Source: Chamaesiphon sp. GL140_3_metabinner_129_sub
Lineage (GTDB): Bacteria > Cyanobacteriota > Cyanobacteriia > Cyanobacteriales > Chamaesiphonaceae
Assembly: GCA_025358725.1 (NCBI GenBank)
Contig: JANYIT010000353.1
Location: 3,635-67,634 of the forward strand
Length of the DNA stretch: 64,000 bases
Direction: 5' to 3'
Positions 49,057 to 59,358 of this stretch are shown here, piece by piece. Position 1 is the first letter of the stretch. Every line of letters starts with the position of its first letter. The notes below the pieces were generated by a model. It saw only the letters and a program-made list of their open reading frames with translations, was not told the DNA's origin and did not search any database. The position numbers and the translations under genes are program-made.

Positions 49057-49818
49057 CTAGCTTTGAAAATCTAACAGAGCGTAAGCCAATAGTGCGTATA
49101 AACCCTCTGGAATAGCCTCGCTCCCAGTATCGTTATAGATCGCGATATCTGCAATCGCAAGATTGGGATGAATAAACCGCTCGTATCCAGGTCTAGTATG
49201 CCGATCGTAACGTTGTGTAACCTCAATAATATCTCGACCCCTAATTGCGACATCTCGCTCCAACCGTCGTTTATAACGGGTAGAATCCGCTGCCTCCACC
49301 CAAACCTTGAGATTGAATCGTTGGAATAGGGAAGGGTGAGAAAAAGCAAAAATTCCCTCAACTATGATAATCGGAGCGGGTTGGCAAATTCGCGAACCAG
49401 TGCGGGTGTGGCTAGCAAAATCATAAATCGGGACGGCAACGGGTAGTCCGGTTACTAATCGATCTAAATCGATTACAGCCTCATCAAAATTAATCGATCG
49501 AGGATTGTCATGAGTAAATTCGAGCGCGTTCACAAAGTCGATCTCTCGATAATAACCATCGAGATCGAATACGCATGTATCGATCGGACAAAGTTGCTCG
49601 AATTTACTCGTCAGCCACGACTTACCAGCACCACTGCCGCCAGAAATACCGATAACTAAGCTGTTATTGGAGTAGCGACGACAGGGCAAGCGATCGGGAG
49701 AAATGAGAGTACGATCTAGCTCTGGCATTACGTTTAATTTGGTTATTGAGTGTGTGACGATCGAGCCAAAATTCCAGTTCCACCTATCAATCCAAAATAG
49801 CGATGCCGATCGTATCAA
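49057..49818 (-). CDS. udk: uridine kinase family protein (true start may be downstream)
   Basis: IGISGGSGAGKS, D.YY, P.YDF..H.R, IIVEGI, RRLERD...RGR. Confidence 0.85.
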   Translation of the reverse strand: MIRSASLFWIDRWNWNFGSIVTHSITKLNVMPELDRTLISPDRLPCRRYSNNSLVIGISGGSGAGKSWLTSKFEQLCPIDTCVFDLDGYYREIDFVNALEFTHDNPRSINFDEAVIDLDRLVTGLPVAVPIYDFASHTRTGSRICQPAPIIIVEGIFAFSHPSLFQRFNLKVWVEAADSTRYKRRLERDVAIRGRDIIEVTQRYDRHTRPGYERFIHPNLAIADIAIYNDTGSEAIPEGLYALLAYALLDFQS

Positions 49819-50330
49819 CCCTTCATCGCTCTAATATCTTTGAGCAACTTATACATAGTCAGTGGTGAGGCTGGAAATGGCTCGAACCCAAAATGACCAT
49901 AAAACTTGCCCGCAGTCTCATCCTTAGCCTGAACCAGAATCGCCCTAATTCCAGCAATATCAGCGGCATTTACGGTTCGACGCAAAGCATCCAACAATAA
50001 ACCCTGTCCGAGCTTCTGCCCTTGAAAACGATTATCTACAGCCAACCGCGCCAAGATCATCACTGGGATCGGGTAACGTGCCAACCCTTTACTTAACCCT
50101 GACGGTGACTCAGAATGCGTGACTTCTCCCACCGTGAGGGTGTAATAACCAACCACCCGTTCGCCAATTAATGCCAGCCAAGTTTGGGCACTATCTTTCT
50201 TTTGATTTTGGGATGCGTATCGGTGTAAAAACTGATTTAGTGCCTCTACTCCACAATCGAATTCGGCGATCGGTTGCCCAGATGTAAGTTTTTCGATCCG
50301 TGGCTGAGAATCATCCGTGGCTATGGACAT
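49815..50330 (-). CDS. GNAT acetyltransferase toxin (TacT/AtaT-like)
   Basis: FDCG...LN.FL, P...LARLAVD...QG..LG..LL.DA, V.AKDE.A..FY. Confidence 0.92.
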   Translation of the reverse strand: MSIATDDSQPRIEKLTSGQPIAEFDCGVEALNQFLHRYASQNQKKDSAQTWLALIGERVVGYYTLTVGEVTHSESPSGLSKGLARYPIPVMILARLAVDNRFQGQKLGQGLLLDALRRTVNAADIAGIRAILVQAKDETAGKFYGHFGFEPFPASPLTMYKLLKDIRAMKG

Positions 50331-50608
50331 CGATCGAACACACTGGGCGTATTTAGCAGTTGTAGCAGACGGGGATGAGTACGAGTCGGGGCATCAAGAG
50401 CTGCCTGGAAAGCATTCCATTCTTCATCGTTGAGACTGAATTGCCGTCGTTCCGCCAGAGTACTTTCTGCCTCTGTCAGAGCGGTATCCAGTACAAATTC
50501 ACTGAGGGTTTTATGACGAGATTGTGCCGCAGCCTGCAACAACCTCTTAGCAGTTGGGGAAAGGCGAATATCTAGCCTTTCTGCCCGTAAGTTAGAAGAC
50601 ATACTCAA
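50321..50608 (-). CDS. DUF1778 (TacA-like) antitoxin
   Basis: RLDIR...LL..AA...LSEFVL..AL..AE...F.L....W..F..ALD.P. Confidence 0.92.
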   Translation of the reverse strand: MSMSSNLRAERLDIRLSPTAKRLLQAAAQSRHKTLSEFVLDTALTEAESTLAERRQFSLNDEEWNAFQAALDAPTRTHPRLLQLLNTPSVFDRCP

Positions 50609-50714
50609 TACCTTAGCAATTTAATCCTATTTTATCATATCGTGTGTACGTTGGCGACACAAACACGATCGTTTGCAAATTTACAACTATACCCTCACGA
50701 GCATAAAAGCGAGC

Positions 50715-51359
50715 TTAATAATGAAAAAAAGGTTGAAGTTGACAGAGTGTTGATACAAGCTCGGCAACATTAGCATTGGTAAATCGATCTGCACGAGGAT
50801 AAATCAGACAACTGCGTACCTGTCGTTGGCGGAGCATCTCCATTGGAGAATTGTGAGCCGTATAATTCAGTTTTTGCAGATCGATATCGGGTAGGCTGAC
50901 TAGCATATTTTTTTGACCGATCGTTGTTAATGTCAGAGAATCGACCCTATCAAAAATTGTCTTCCATATCTCTGATTTGTAAGCTTGACTCAGTAAAAAA
51001 CTATATTTTAAGTGCTTATATTTAGTAGTAAGTCCGGCTACTAAAAAAATAATCTTTTGCAACTCCCGATGACATGGAGGTAAAATTTGCCACCAGTGAG
51101 CGCGAGTATCGATGCCAATAGGAAGGCGATCAAGATATAGACTAAATTGCAGAGGATCGCACTCGGATATAATTGCATGAACTCGATCGTCCCACAGCAA
51201 CTCATCTAATTGCCAATCTGGAAGCGCGGTAAAAATGTGCCGTTGATATGAGGCTCCATAACACGTCAACAGAGTTTGCAAGGCACGATCGACTACTTCT
51301 CCCCCCGATGATACATAATTAATCAAGGCAAATACCCCGTATGTCGAAAAGATTGCCAA
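50715..51359 (-). CDS. hypothetical protein, end of transfer operon
   Basis: ORF overlapping the upstream gene. Confidence 0.5.
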   Translation of the reverse strand: MAIFSTYGVFALINYVSSGGEVVDRALQTLLTCYGASYQRHIFTALPDWQLDELLWDDRVHAIISECDPLQFSLYLDRLPIGIDTRAHWWQILPPCHRELQKIIFLVAGLTTKYKHLKYSFLLSQAYKSEIWKTIFDRVDSLTLTTIGQKNMLVSLPDIDLQKLNYTAHNSPMEMLRQRQVRSCLIYPRADRFTNANVAELVSTLCQLQPFFHY

Positions 51360-52213
51360 TTATCCTCCAACCATTTATCTATTTTCAGTTTCACGATCGG
51401 ATTGAGTTGCTTCCCTCGATACCCATTCTTAATAATTTCATGTAACGGAGTACCGAGATCTACCGCTTCAAGAATTGCCGGATCTGCAAGCCAGGGTAGG
51501 ATATTCGCAATCTTAACTTTTCCATCCTGAGACGGCTTATCTAATGTCGGCAGCGGATCGAACCGACCCCAGTTAGGAACCGCACTAGTTATGCCTAAGT
51601 TAAATACGCAAACATGATGCAGGTTGGGATATTTGGTAACAAAATCGACGAACATCTGCTGCGAAGTACCGCTCCCAAAGCTACACCACCAATTGACAAC
51701 TTTAAGCGGCGGCGATTCGCTTGCCATAAGTGAATTAATATTGTTACTATCGAGCCAAAGATCGATGCCATCATTTGCAGGTAAAGAGACAATAAGATCT
51801 TGCTTTAAACTATAGATTACATCCAACAATCGATCGCCTAAATAGCTGAACTTAGCATCTTTAGAAAAGATAATTTGTTCGCTCATCAGGTTTGAGTCTA
51901 CTTGCGATCTAAATTCATCATTATCTGCTAACGATCGACCGAATCGACTGCTAATCGAACCGACAGAAGACTTAACATCCTTGTACTGCCAAAGAGCCAC
52001 GGTTTCTCGATCGTAAGCGCGAGCGACATTACAATTAGGATCGGCATCGATTAAGGTAAACAACCGACCGATCTTAATAAACCGCTCGCAAAATAGACGT
52101 GCGAGCGTAGATTTGCCAGATCCGCCTAAAAATCCATTGCAAAGATGTAGAGTAGGCGTGAAATTATCATTATTTACTTGTTCTAAATTCTCTTGCTGTT
52201 TATTGTTTGCCAT
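51323..52213 (-). CDS. ParA/MinD-like P-loop protein (cyanobacterial MobD-like)
   Basis: GGSGKSTLAR, LIDAD. Confidence 0.65.
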   Translation of the reverse strand: MANNKQQENLEQVNNDNFTPTLHLCNGFLGGSGKSTLARLFCERFIKIGRLFTLIDADPNCNVARAYDRETVALWQYKDVKSSVGSISSRFGRSLADNDEFRSQVDSNLMSEQIIFSKDAKFSYLGDRLLDVIYSLKQDLIVSLPANDGIDLWLDSNNINSLMASESPPLKVVNWWCSFGSGTSQQMFVDFVTKYPNLHHVCVFNLGITSAVPNWGRFDPLPTLDKPSQDGKVKIANILPWLADPAILEAVDLGTPLHEIIKNGYRGKQLNPIVKLKIDKWLEDNWQSFRHTGYLP

Positions 52214-52214
52214 A

Positions 52215-52862
52215 TCACTTAATTTCCAGTATACAAACAGTTTTACCAGTCTTTTTGATTCCTTTACGAATACACGCTTCTACCGATCTGTTGCCAGACA
52301 CGAATGCACGACGAAGAATCTTGCCATCGGACGTACTCAACCATTCCAACATCGTTCCATCAGAACCTCTGGCTAATCTTAATTGTTGAGGAAACACGAG
52401 AAAGTAAGCTAGCAAAGATGCTACTCCCACCCCAGCTAGACAACCACCTAACCCCCAACAATAATTTAAAAGCCTACTGTTAATATTCCGACCACTACGA
52501 TCGATCGCTTGTTTGGTTAAATCTCGATAAGTTTCGCGATCTTTATCGAGTTTTGCAAGTAGTTGTTCCTGTCGAGTATCGCTCTCCGAAGATTCGAGCT
52601 GACGTTGTTGCCGTTCCTCTTCAAGTAACACTTGAATTGCTTGAGGCACGGCAGCAGTAACCACATGCAGATACTCGCTAATCTTCTCGATTTGAGCGAT
52701 CGTCCCTGTGATGTGATAAATCTCATCATCGGTAGATAATTCGCGGCTGTTAACGAGCTTATCGATATTAGCTAATGCTTCTTTGCGATCGATCGCATCG
52801 AGATAACTAGTAAATGGAGACTTACTAGAACTGTCACCGTTTTTATTTTTAACTGCAAACAT
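52215..52862 (-). CDS. mobilisation-associated coiled-coil membrane protein
   Basis: Coiled coil, TM helix, L.W..S..G...R motif. Confidence 0.5.
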   Translation of the reverse strand: MFAVKNKNGDSSSKSPFTSYLDAIDRKEALANIDKLVNSRELSTDDEIYHITGTIAQIEKISEYLHVVTAAVPQAIQVLLEEERQQRQLESSESDTRQEQLLAKLDKDRETYRDLTKQAIDRSGRNINSRLLNYCWGLGGCLAGVGVASLLAYFLVFPQQLRLARGSDGTMLEWLSTSDGKILRRAFVSGNRSVEACIRKGIKKTGKTVCILEIK

Positions 52863-52887
52863 TTTACGTAAAGTATTGTGTAGTTTA

Positions 52888-54339
52888 TTAATTTGATGAG
52901 ACTACCTTTGCAGGTCGGTAAGGATCGATATTCCGAGGTGCCAGAATACTCTGTTTTTTTGAATGAGACGGCTTGGCTAATTCGCGAATCGAGTTTCTAA
53001 TCGTCACAATTTGCTTAGAATTGCGCTCGAACATACAGTTAAATTGCATTGCTTCCTCAAGTAAATCTCCTGCTGCAACTTCACTATTAGGATCGGACTC
53101 TTTAACTCTGGCAATTGTATCTATAACGATTTGTTCGATTTCTGCTCCAACAAATTCAATCGTTTCATCGAGAATACCTTGCCATTCGTATTTATCAAAA
53201 ACTAGGTCGTCTTTGAATCTAGAGTCAAATCGTTTCAGAAACAGTAAGAATAAATTCAAACGCGATTCGGCATCGGGAGAATCGACTTCCCAAACACAAT
53301 CAAATCGACCAGCACGAGTAGCTTCGACAGGCAAATCTTCAATCCGATTGAGAGTACCGATGACAAAAACTGGAAAGGTTTTATCTTGAAGCCAAGTTAG
53401 TAACAAGGATAGAAGTGGCTTATCATCCCTGGTGAATAGTTTCTCGATTTCATCCATGTAAAATATACAGGGAGCGCAAACACGAGCGATTTCTAGTACT
53501 CTTGCCATTGCTGTGAGTCCGCCAACCTTAATTTTGTCGATCTCTAGCGATAACATGGGGTAGCCCAAAGCAGAGGCGATCGATCTAGCCGAGTAAGTCT
53601 TTCCGGTTCCTGGTATCCCAACTAAGAGCCAACCTTTCGGGTAAGGCAGTCCAAGGTCGATCGCCTGTTGACTGAATCTAAACTTGAGCTTATCGATCGC
53701 CAGCACCAATTCATCTAATCCAGCGATTTCTTTGAATGCTGGGGGCGGATCGTATTTAACCCCCATCAGAGATAGACGTGCGTTGCGGTATGTTTCTAGA
53801 TATAGTTCCGGCTCTGGACTCTCAACCGATTGTTGCAGGGCAAGCTTTAAATCTTGATAAGCCAGCCCCGATGCCAGCCGGAGATTGCGCTCGGTTGGCT
53901 CGAAGCGATATTCGCCGAATAACTCGGTAATTTCCGCAGCAGTTGGCAGCTTCCAGTTGTACTCGTAGATAAATCGAGCCAGTTCGATCGGCAACGGCGT
54001 ATCATCGGTTTGTAATAACACCAGCCGATAGCGATCCTGGCACAGGGAGTAAAGATCGGCGAACTGCTCGTAAATTAGTTGCCGCTCCCACGGCGCGAGC
54101 GTAGCAATGAAGGTTAAGTAATTATCGAAAATGAAGTTGCCCTCGCTACTGACGTTACGGATGGCATCGAGTAGCAACCCAAACGGTGAAGCGATCGCAT
54201 CGTTGGCAATCGCAACATTCAATCGCCATCGCTGACAATCACTCAGATGAGTGCTGACGATCCATTCGCGATCGAGTGGATTACAGCGCACCAGGATTAT
54301 CCGGTGCTGGGTCATTAATTGGGTAAGATCTTGTGACAT
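52888..54339 (-). CDS. Ycf46-like AAA+ ATPase
   Basis: PKG.LLVGIPGTGKT, APCIFYMDEIEK, RAGRFD. Confidence 0.88.
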   Translation of the reverse strand: MSQDLTQLMTQHRIILVRCNPLDREWIVSTHLSDCQRWRLNVAIANDAIASPFGLLLDAIRNVSSEGNFIFDNYLTFIATLAPWERQLIYEQFADLYSLCQDRYRLVLLQTDDTPLPIELARFIYEYNWKLPTAAEITELFGEYRFEPTERNLRLASGLAYQDLKLALQQSVESPEPELYLETYRNARLSLMGVKYDPPPAFKEIAGLDELVLAIDKLKFRFSQQAIDLGLPYPKGWLLVGIPGTGKTYSARSIASALGYPMLSLEIDKIKVGGLTAMARVLEIARVCAPCIFYMDEIEKLFTRDDKPLLSLLLTWLQDKTFPVFVIGTLNRIEDLPVEATRAGRFDCVWEVDSPDAESRLNLFLLFLKRFDSRFKDDLVFDKYEWQGILDETIEFVGAEIEQIVIDTIARVKESDPNSEVAAGDLLEEAMQFNCMFERNSKQIVTIRNSIRELAKPSHSKKQSILAPRNIDPYRPAKVVSSN

Positions 54340-56009
54340 TATCGGTTTTGGGATACTTCGGGTTCTGGGCGCGAGCGTTCGGGAGTGCCGCCACTAGTTG
54401 GCACTCGCACGGCTTCTTTCTCGCCATGAGTTGGAACGCTAACGCCTGGAGAATTAGCATGGGTGGAAGCTAACTCAGGCGAATCGTTGTCGATATTCAG
54501 AGCGGTATTAGGTGTAGTAACGCTTGGAGCATTGCCAGCAGTGGCAGCTAATTCAGTTGTGTTATTTCTGCTCTGCGGCTTAGGTTTGGGTGTATTAGCA
54601 CCTAGAGCGTTACCAGCAGCGGCTAATTCAGGTGAGTTGCCAATATTCGGCGTGGGGTTGGGCGCGTTTTCCTGAGTGAGTGGGAGGGATTGGGGATCTT
54701 GCGATCGATTAGCTACTTCAAGTTGTTGTGTTGCTTTAACCGATCGAGGGTCGATCTCCCGCACCGCCAGGACTCGATCTAGAGCTTTAACGACATTTGG
54801 ATCGTTAAGTTTGGGATCTGGCTTAAAGTTTCCGTCCCGATCGACCGCACCAATCCGAACGGCTTTCGCCCCCTTACTCGAAGTAACCAAAATCGACCTA
54901 GTTTCTTTCCCTTTTTGAGGACTGAGATTGAATTGCACCCCCTCAATCGTGCGTTGAGCGCGTTTGTCGGGTTGAGTTGTGGCAAATTCCGATTTTAGAA
55001 CTCGCTCGTAAGCCACACTCACTATCTGATTGGAATCTAGTTCTGCTGTCGGTTCGGCGCGGTTTAAGGTTTTGCCGAGCGGGGATTGGGGTGCCACTGT
55101 ATTAGCTGCTTGAGGTGGTTTTGGTACTAATTCAGGTTTGGGGGTTTTAGTGACTTTAGCCTCATTATCGGGAGACGCAGCCATCCGTTTAGCATAATTA
55201 TTGAGTTCGGTCAGTCCCTTCTCGTCCTTGAGTTTAATACTGCTCAGAAGTTCGGGATCGCGATCGTAAGCACTGTAAGTTACCACGCCTTTAGCGTCGG
55301 TTTCAAATAACTTTTTGCCCCCATATTCAATCAGTAGATTCTCTCCCCCTGCGATAGTAGCACCCTCTTTACCCTCCATCAGAGCGAGAATAGCTTGGGC
55401 ATCTTTTTGGGAGAGTGGTTTTTCAATAAAATTATTATTTGAATCGTAGCCGTATAAAACCTCAGTGCGATTATTTATCTGCTTCGGTCGTTCTAAATCC
55501 AATTCCCGCTCCACCCGCGCCACGATTTCTGGTAAATCTTTAATTAATCTCGATTCATCTCCAGTAAATCTAATCTTCCCCGACTTGGCGTACAGTTTAG
55601 AATCTTTAGATTGAATATCTATTCCACCGCCTCGAAATTTTTGAACATTATATTTAGTTCCATTTACATCTAGATCGCGCTGGAAGTATTTCCGATCTGG
55701 CAGGAGCCTATCTAATTGCCCGATCGATTGCTCCGCCTGTTGCTTAGGGCTGAGGTCGGGATTGTTAGAATCTGTTCGGGTAACTTTAAATCCATAATCC
55801 ATAGTTGCTGTTGCTGTGGGTGAATTTGTCTGAGATACTTTGACCGATTCGAGATCGGGTGTTCCGCGAGTTACTTGTAGAGATTTAGATTTTGTTTTCT
55901 CCCGATTAGACAACCGAACTAATGCCGCCATCATATTCGCGAGTGCGCTAGCTCCCACTTGGTTAAGCTGTTGAGATAATCGTTCTGACTGGCTATGAAT
56001 TTCCTGCAT
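54339..56009 (-). CDS. hypothetical transfer-region protein with low-complexity repeat tail
   Basis: Three ELA...N.P repeats near the C-terminus. Confidence 0.6.
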   Translation of the reverse strand: MQEIHSQSERLSQQLNQVGASALANMMAALVRLSNREKTKSKSLQVTRGTPDLESVKVSQTNSPTATATMDYGFKVTRTDSNNPDLSPKQQAEQSIGQLDRLLPDRKYFQRDLDVNGTKYNVQKFRGGGIDIQSKDSKLYAKSGKIRFTGDESRLIKDLPEIVARVERELDLERPKQINNRTEVLYGYDSNNNFIEKPLSQKDAQAILALMEGKEGATIAGGENLLIEYGGKKLFETDAKGVVTYSAYDRDPELLSSIKLKDEKGLTELNNYAKRMAASPDNEAKVTKTPKPELVPKPPQAANTVAPQSPLGKTLNRAEPTAELDSNQIVSVAYERVLKSEFATTQPDKRAQRTIEGVQFNLSPQKGKETRSILVTSSKGAKAVRIGAVDRDGNFKPDPKLNDPNVVKALDRVLAVREIDPRSVKATQQLEVANRSQDPQSLPLTQENAPNPTPNIGNSPELAAAGNALGANTPKPKPQSRNNTTELAATAGNAPSVTTPNTALNIDNDSPELASTHANSPGVSVPTHGEKEAVRVPTSGGTPERSRPEPEVSQNR

Positions 56010-56012
56010 AAG

Positions 56013-56819
56013 TTAGAAAGGATCTTGATGGTGAGTATTTTTCTTGTTGGATGCAACCAGATCGCAAATATCATCAGTTTTAAATGCTTTTGTTAGTCCG
56101 TCGATCGTCAAATCTGTGGGAACATAGTACTTTTTATCCTCTTCAATATCGAAATCGATCCTAAAACCTGCCGCATCTAAAGACCGTTCGATATCGCGAC
56201 CAAAAACACAAAGACGATCGGCACCAGTTATCGGATCTCGTTCGATAAATATATTGCAAATATCTACACGGCTATTCCAATCGACAATAACCTGAACTCC
56301 CGATGGTGACAAATCGACAAGTTCATCTTTGACAAAATGTGGCGGGATAAAATATAGTTGCTCTGGATCGAAAGGCAGACATAAATATTCAGCTAAAGGA
56401 TAGTCATAAAAATTAGAATATCCCGCTTGTTCGACGAGATCGATCGCGTATTGTCCCTTGACATACAAAGGTTGCCCAGCATACTCCCCATCATGCACGA
56501 TCTCTCGTCCGTCGCTATCGCATAGCCAGCCAAAAAACACCTTACATCGCTCGTTAAACTCACTTTCTTCGTTCGTATCCTCAATTTGTTTGATGTGACT
56601 ATTGTAAATAGCCATCCCGATCGGACATTCTAGTACCGTGCGATTGGCAACCAAATCGTGGAAATAGATCGGTCGATCGTTTAAATGGATCGAGATATAT
56701 GTTTGCGATAAGAGCGGATCGAGATCGACATAAAAAGTACTCCCACAATCTAGAGCAAATAGACATTGTTTGTCGGTTCTGACATAGATTCGATCGTAAG
56801 TTGATGTAGCAGTTAGCAT
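56013..56819 (-). CDS. hypothetical protein
   Basis: C-terminus resembles the VirD4 C-terminal extension (GF...FDI...KKYY.P.DL). Confidence 0.55.
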   Translation of the reverse strand: MLTATSTYDRIYVRTDKQCLFALDCGSTFYVDLDPLLSQTYISIHLNDRPIYFHDLVANRTVLECPIGMAIYNSHIKQIEDTNEESEFNERCKVFFGWLCDSDGREIVHDGEYAGQPLYVKGQYAIDLVEQAGYSNFYDYPLAEYLCLPFDPEQLYFIPPHFVKDELVDLSPSGVQVIVDWNSRVDICNIFIERDPITGADRLCVFGRDIERSLDAAGFRIDFDIEEDKKYYVPTDLTIDGLTKAFKTDDICDLVASNKKNTHHQDPF

Positions 56820-56885
56820 AAATTTCAGGTGAGTAAAAATATGACAGCCGTAAGCCTAATCCCCGCCAACAGCTAAAGATAGTAG

Positions 56886-58895
56886 CTAGAAATTCGCGCC
56901 CGTAGCGGCGGGGATGGGCGGCGGCGGTTGCTTGTGCGACGATTTGTTGTAATCTAAGAGCCTACCCAGATCGGTATAAGTTAATGGTTTTAGTTCGTCT
57001 TCAACAATCAAATCTGCTGGAATATAATACTTTTTCTGGGCATCGATATCGAATTTGGATACATCGAAGCCAGAAGCTTGGAATGAGTTTAAAATATCGC
57101 TACCAACAACATGTAATGGGTCGGGATTAGATGGAGAATTTTCTGCTGTTTCATTACTCAAGGGCAATAGTCGCTCTAAAATTTGCGTGTACCGTAACAA
57201 TTCCTGACTGAAATCGATTTGTAAAGAGCGATCGCGCTCGTTAATTATAAATTCTCTAATTGCGTTGTAATCTTCAATCGATCTATCCTTGAAAGCTTTG
57301 CTCTGCTTTGAATCGTAACTAAACTGATGGACAAACGGAATGCTAACATTATCTTTATTTCCGGTTCCTGGAGATTGAATGATACATTTACCTTTGGGAA
57401 ATTGACCGATAACGTGAGCTTCGATCAACGGCTTTTTATGTAACTGTTCGTTCTCCGATCGACTGTTACCACTATTTTTACCAAAATTGTACGACTTGGA
57501 ATTTGATTTTAACTCCAGTTCTTCCTCTCCAAAGGCTTGTGAGAGAGCGCGTTCTGTATCGGGATCGCCTGGGTTAAACCATGCTTTAGTATTACAATTA
57601 GTTAAAAAGCCTCTAGCTCGATCTTTGCCATAGATGGCATCTAATTGACTGAGGTACTGCGTACCGATAATTATCGAGGAACCATTATAACGATCGACAG
57701 CCAACCATTTTAGAACGATGGGTAAATTCAATAGATGAAACTCATCAAAACTGCATACCAGTGGTTCTTGTCTCCCAGCTCTGAGGTTATAAGCAACGAC
57801 TTGGTGAATTGCCATCGCAATCAGTGGGACGGTACTGGCTACGTTGTCGGGATCGAGCATGAAGACCACCATCTGCTTGCCATCAACCTTGAGTGGATCT
57901 TGAGGATCGAAGCCTGGAAAGGTTGTCTTACCACAAAAAGTCGAGAGATAATTGGGGATTACCAAAGGAGCCAACATTTTAATCGCAGTGGCTAAAATAC
58001 TGCCTTCGGGGCCACGACCATCTTTACTTCTAGTTGATGTCAGAATTGCAAACTCAGAGTAGATCCAAGGATCGATGGTGTCGCGACAATCCAGTAGTCG
58101 CTTTGCTAAATTTGGTAATTTGAGGATTTGGTTGACCATTAAGATATTGGCGAACAGCGGATCTCTCTCAACTTTGGCGACCCATTTAGCCAGTAAAAAG
58201 GCACCAGATAGAACCGAAGATCCCGCAGGATCGAAAAATGAGTCTTTTTTAGCATCTTTCTCACTGGTATTGTCAATGAGAACCGCTACGCGCTCCCGCG
58301 CCCCAGCAACATCGCTCTCGTCTTTGATCGAATCAAAAGTATTGAAAGTGTTAGAAATTCGATCGCCTGGAGCTAAAACTCTCACTTCGTAACCATGTCT
58401 GAGAGCAAGCGGAATTAACGTCTCAGATTGACCGCCACGCCCTTTACCATCGAATAAAGCGATCGACATTCCTTGTGCAATGGCAGAATGCAAGCAAGGA
58501 TTGATAATATTGTCAGTCTTGCCACAACCAGTACCACCGCAAGTAAATAGCCCCCGATTGATTTCTGGAAACATTACATTCGCCGCAAATTTCTGATTCA
58601 TAATCCGATCTGGGGAGCTTACTGGGGCACCGATCGGTTCGGTAATATAGTAGGCAGCATTATCGAATCTACGTTTGCGGATTGCGGTTTTAGCTAGCTT
58701 GCGACACCTTTGGATCTCGCTGGGAGTCGCCCACCTTGCGGTAGCAGTTTTGCCTTTTTTCCCGTTTCTGCCCTGAATTACACTGAGGATAATAAATAGC
58801 AATCCCAGACCAAAAATAGTCAATACTGAGGAATCTAACTTCGTCGGTTTGAGTAGTGGCGGTGGTATGAGACTAATTTGGTTTGCAGATTTCAT
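56886..58895 (-). CDS. virD4: type IV coupling protein (VirD4/TraG/TraD)
   Basis: N-terminal TM, GGTGCGKT, FDEF, Q.LSQL...YG. Confidence 0.88.
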   Translation of the reverse strand: MKSANQISLIPPPLLKPTKLDSSVLTIFGLGLLFIILSVIQGRNGKKGKTATARWATPSEIQRCRKLAKTAIRKRRFDNAAYYITEPIGAPVSSPDRIMNQKFAANVMFPEINRGLFTCGGTGCGKTDNIINPCLHSAIAQGMSIALFDGKGRGGQSETLIPLALRHGYEVRVLAPGDRISNTFNTFDSIKDESDVAGARERVAVLIDNTSEKDAKKDSFFDPAGSSVLSGAFLLAKWVAKVERDPLFANILMVNQILKLPNLAKRLLDCRDTIDPWIYSEFAILTSTRSKDGRGPEGSILATAIKMLAPLVIPNYLSTFCGKTTFPGFDPQDPLKVDGKQMVVFMLDPDNVASTVPLIAMAIHQVVAYNLRAGRQEPLVCSFDEFHLLNLPIVLKWLAVDRYNGSSIIIGTQYLSQLDAIYGKDRARGFLTNCNTKAWFNPGDPDTERALSQAFGEEELELKSNSKSYNFGKNSGNSRSENEQLHKKPLIEAHVIGQFPKGKCIIQSPGTGNKDNVSIPFVHQFSYDSKQSKAFKDRSIEDYNAIREFIINERDRSLQIDFSQELLRYTQILERLLPLSNETAENSPSNPDPLHVVGSDILNSFQASGFDVSKFDIDAQKKYYIPADLIVEDELKPLTYTDLGRLLDYNKSSHKQPPPPIPAATGANF

Positions 58896-59358
58896 AATTG
58901 TCGATCGTGTTGTTTATTGGTTGTCTGACGTTGAAGCAGCCGCTCTTTTTAAGAGTAGAAAATGGAAATGACTTATCAGGCAAATCGATTAACTGTAAAG
59001 AATTTGTGTATTTATCATGCTCATCTACCACCACATACAAGCAACCCACTTTTCCACAAGTTTGCGGAAAATTAAATCGATAAATCGTGAACGTGGTTTC
59101 ACCACTTCCAATCTGCGCTGCGAGAATCTTCTTAGCGATTTGTGAGGCAACAAAGCTTTTAGAAGTATAAACACTGCGATCGATAACTCGCTCGATCTCT
59201 TGGATAGAAGAAATATCCGTTGCCAGCGAATAAACACCCTTTGGAGTATGAATTTTATCCCCGATCCAATTGGCTGTGCGAATTGCGATAAAAGACCCAC
59301 TTATTGCCAGTAGAGCTGCTAGTATAAATGTCGATCTGACTCTAACCGAACTTTTCAT
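58873..59358 (-). CDS. conjugation-associated secreted protein
   Basis: N-terminal TM; CG..GCLY. Confidence 0.55.
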   Translation of the reverse strand: MKSSVRVRSTFILAALLAISGSFIAIRTANWIGDKIHTPKGVYSLATDISSIQEIERVIDRSVYTSKSFVASQIAKKILAAQIGSGETTFTIYRFNFPQTCGKVGCLYVVVDEHDKYTNSLQLIDLPDKSFPFSTLKKSGCFNVRQPINNTIDNYEICKPN

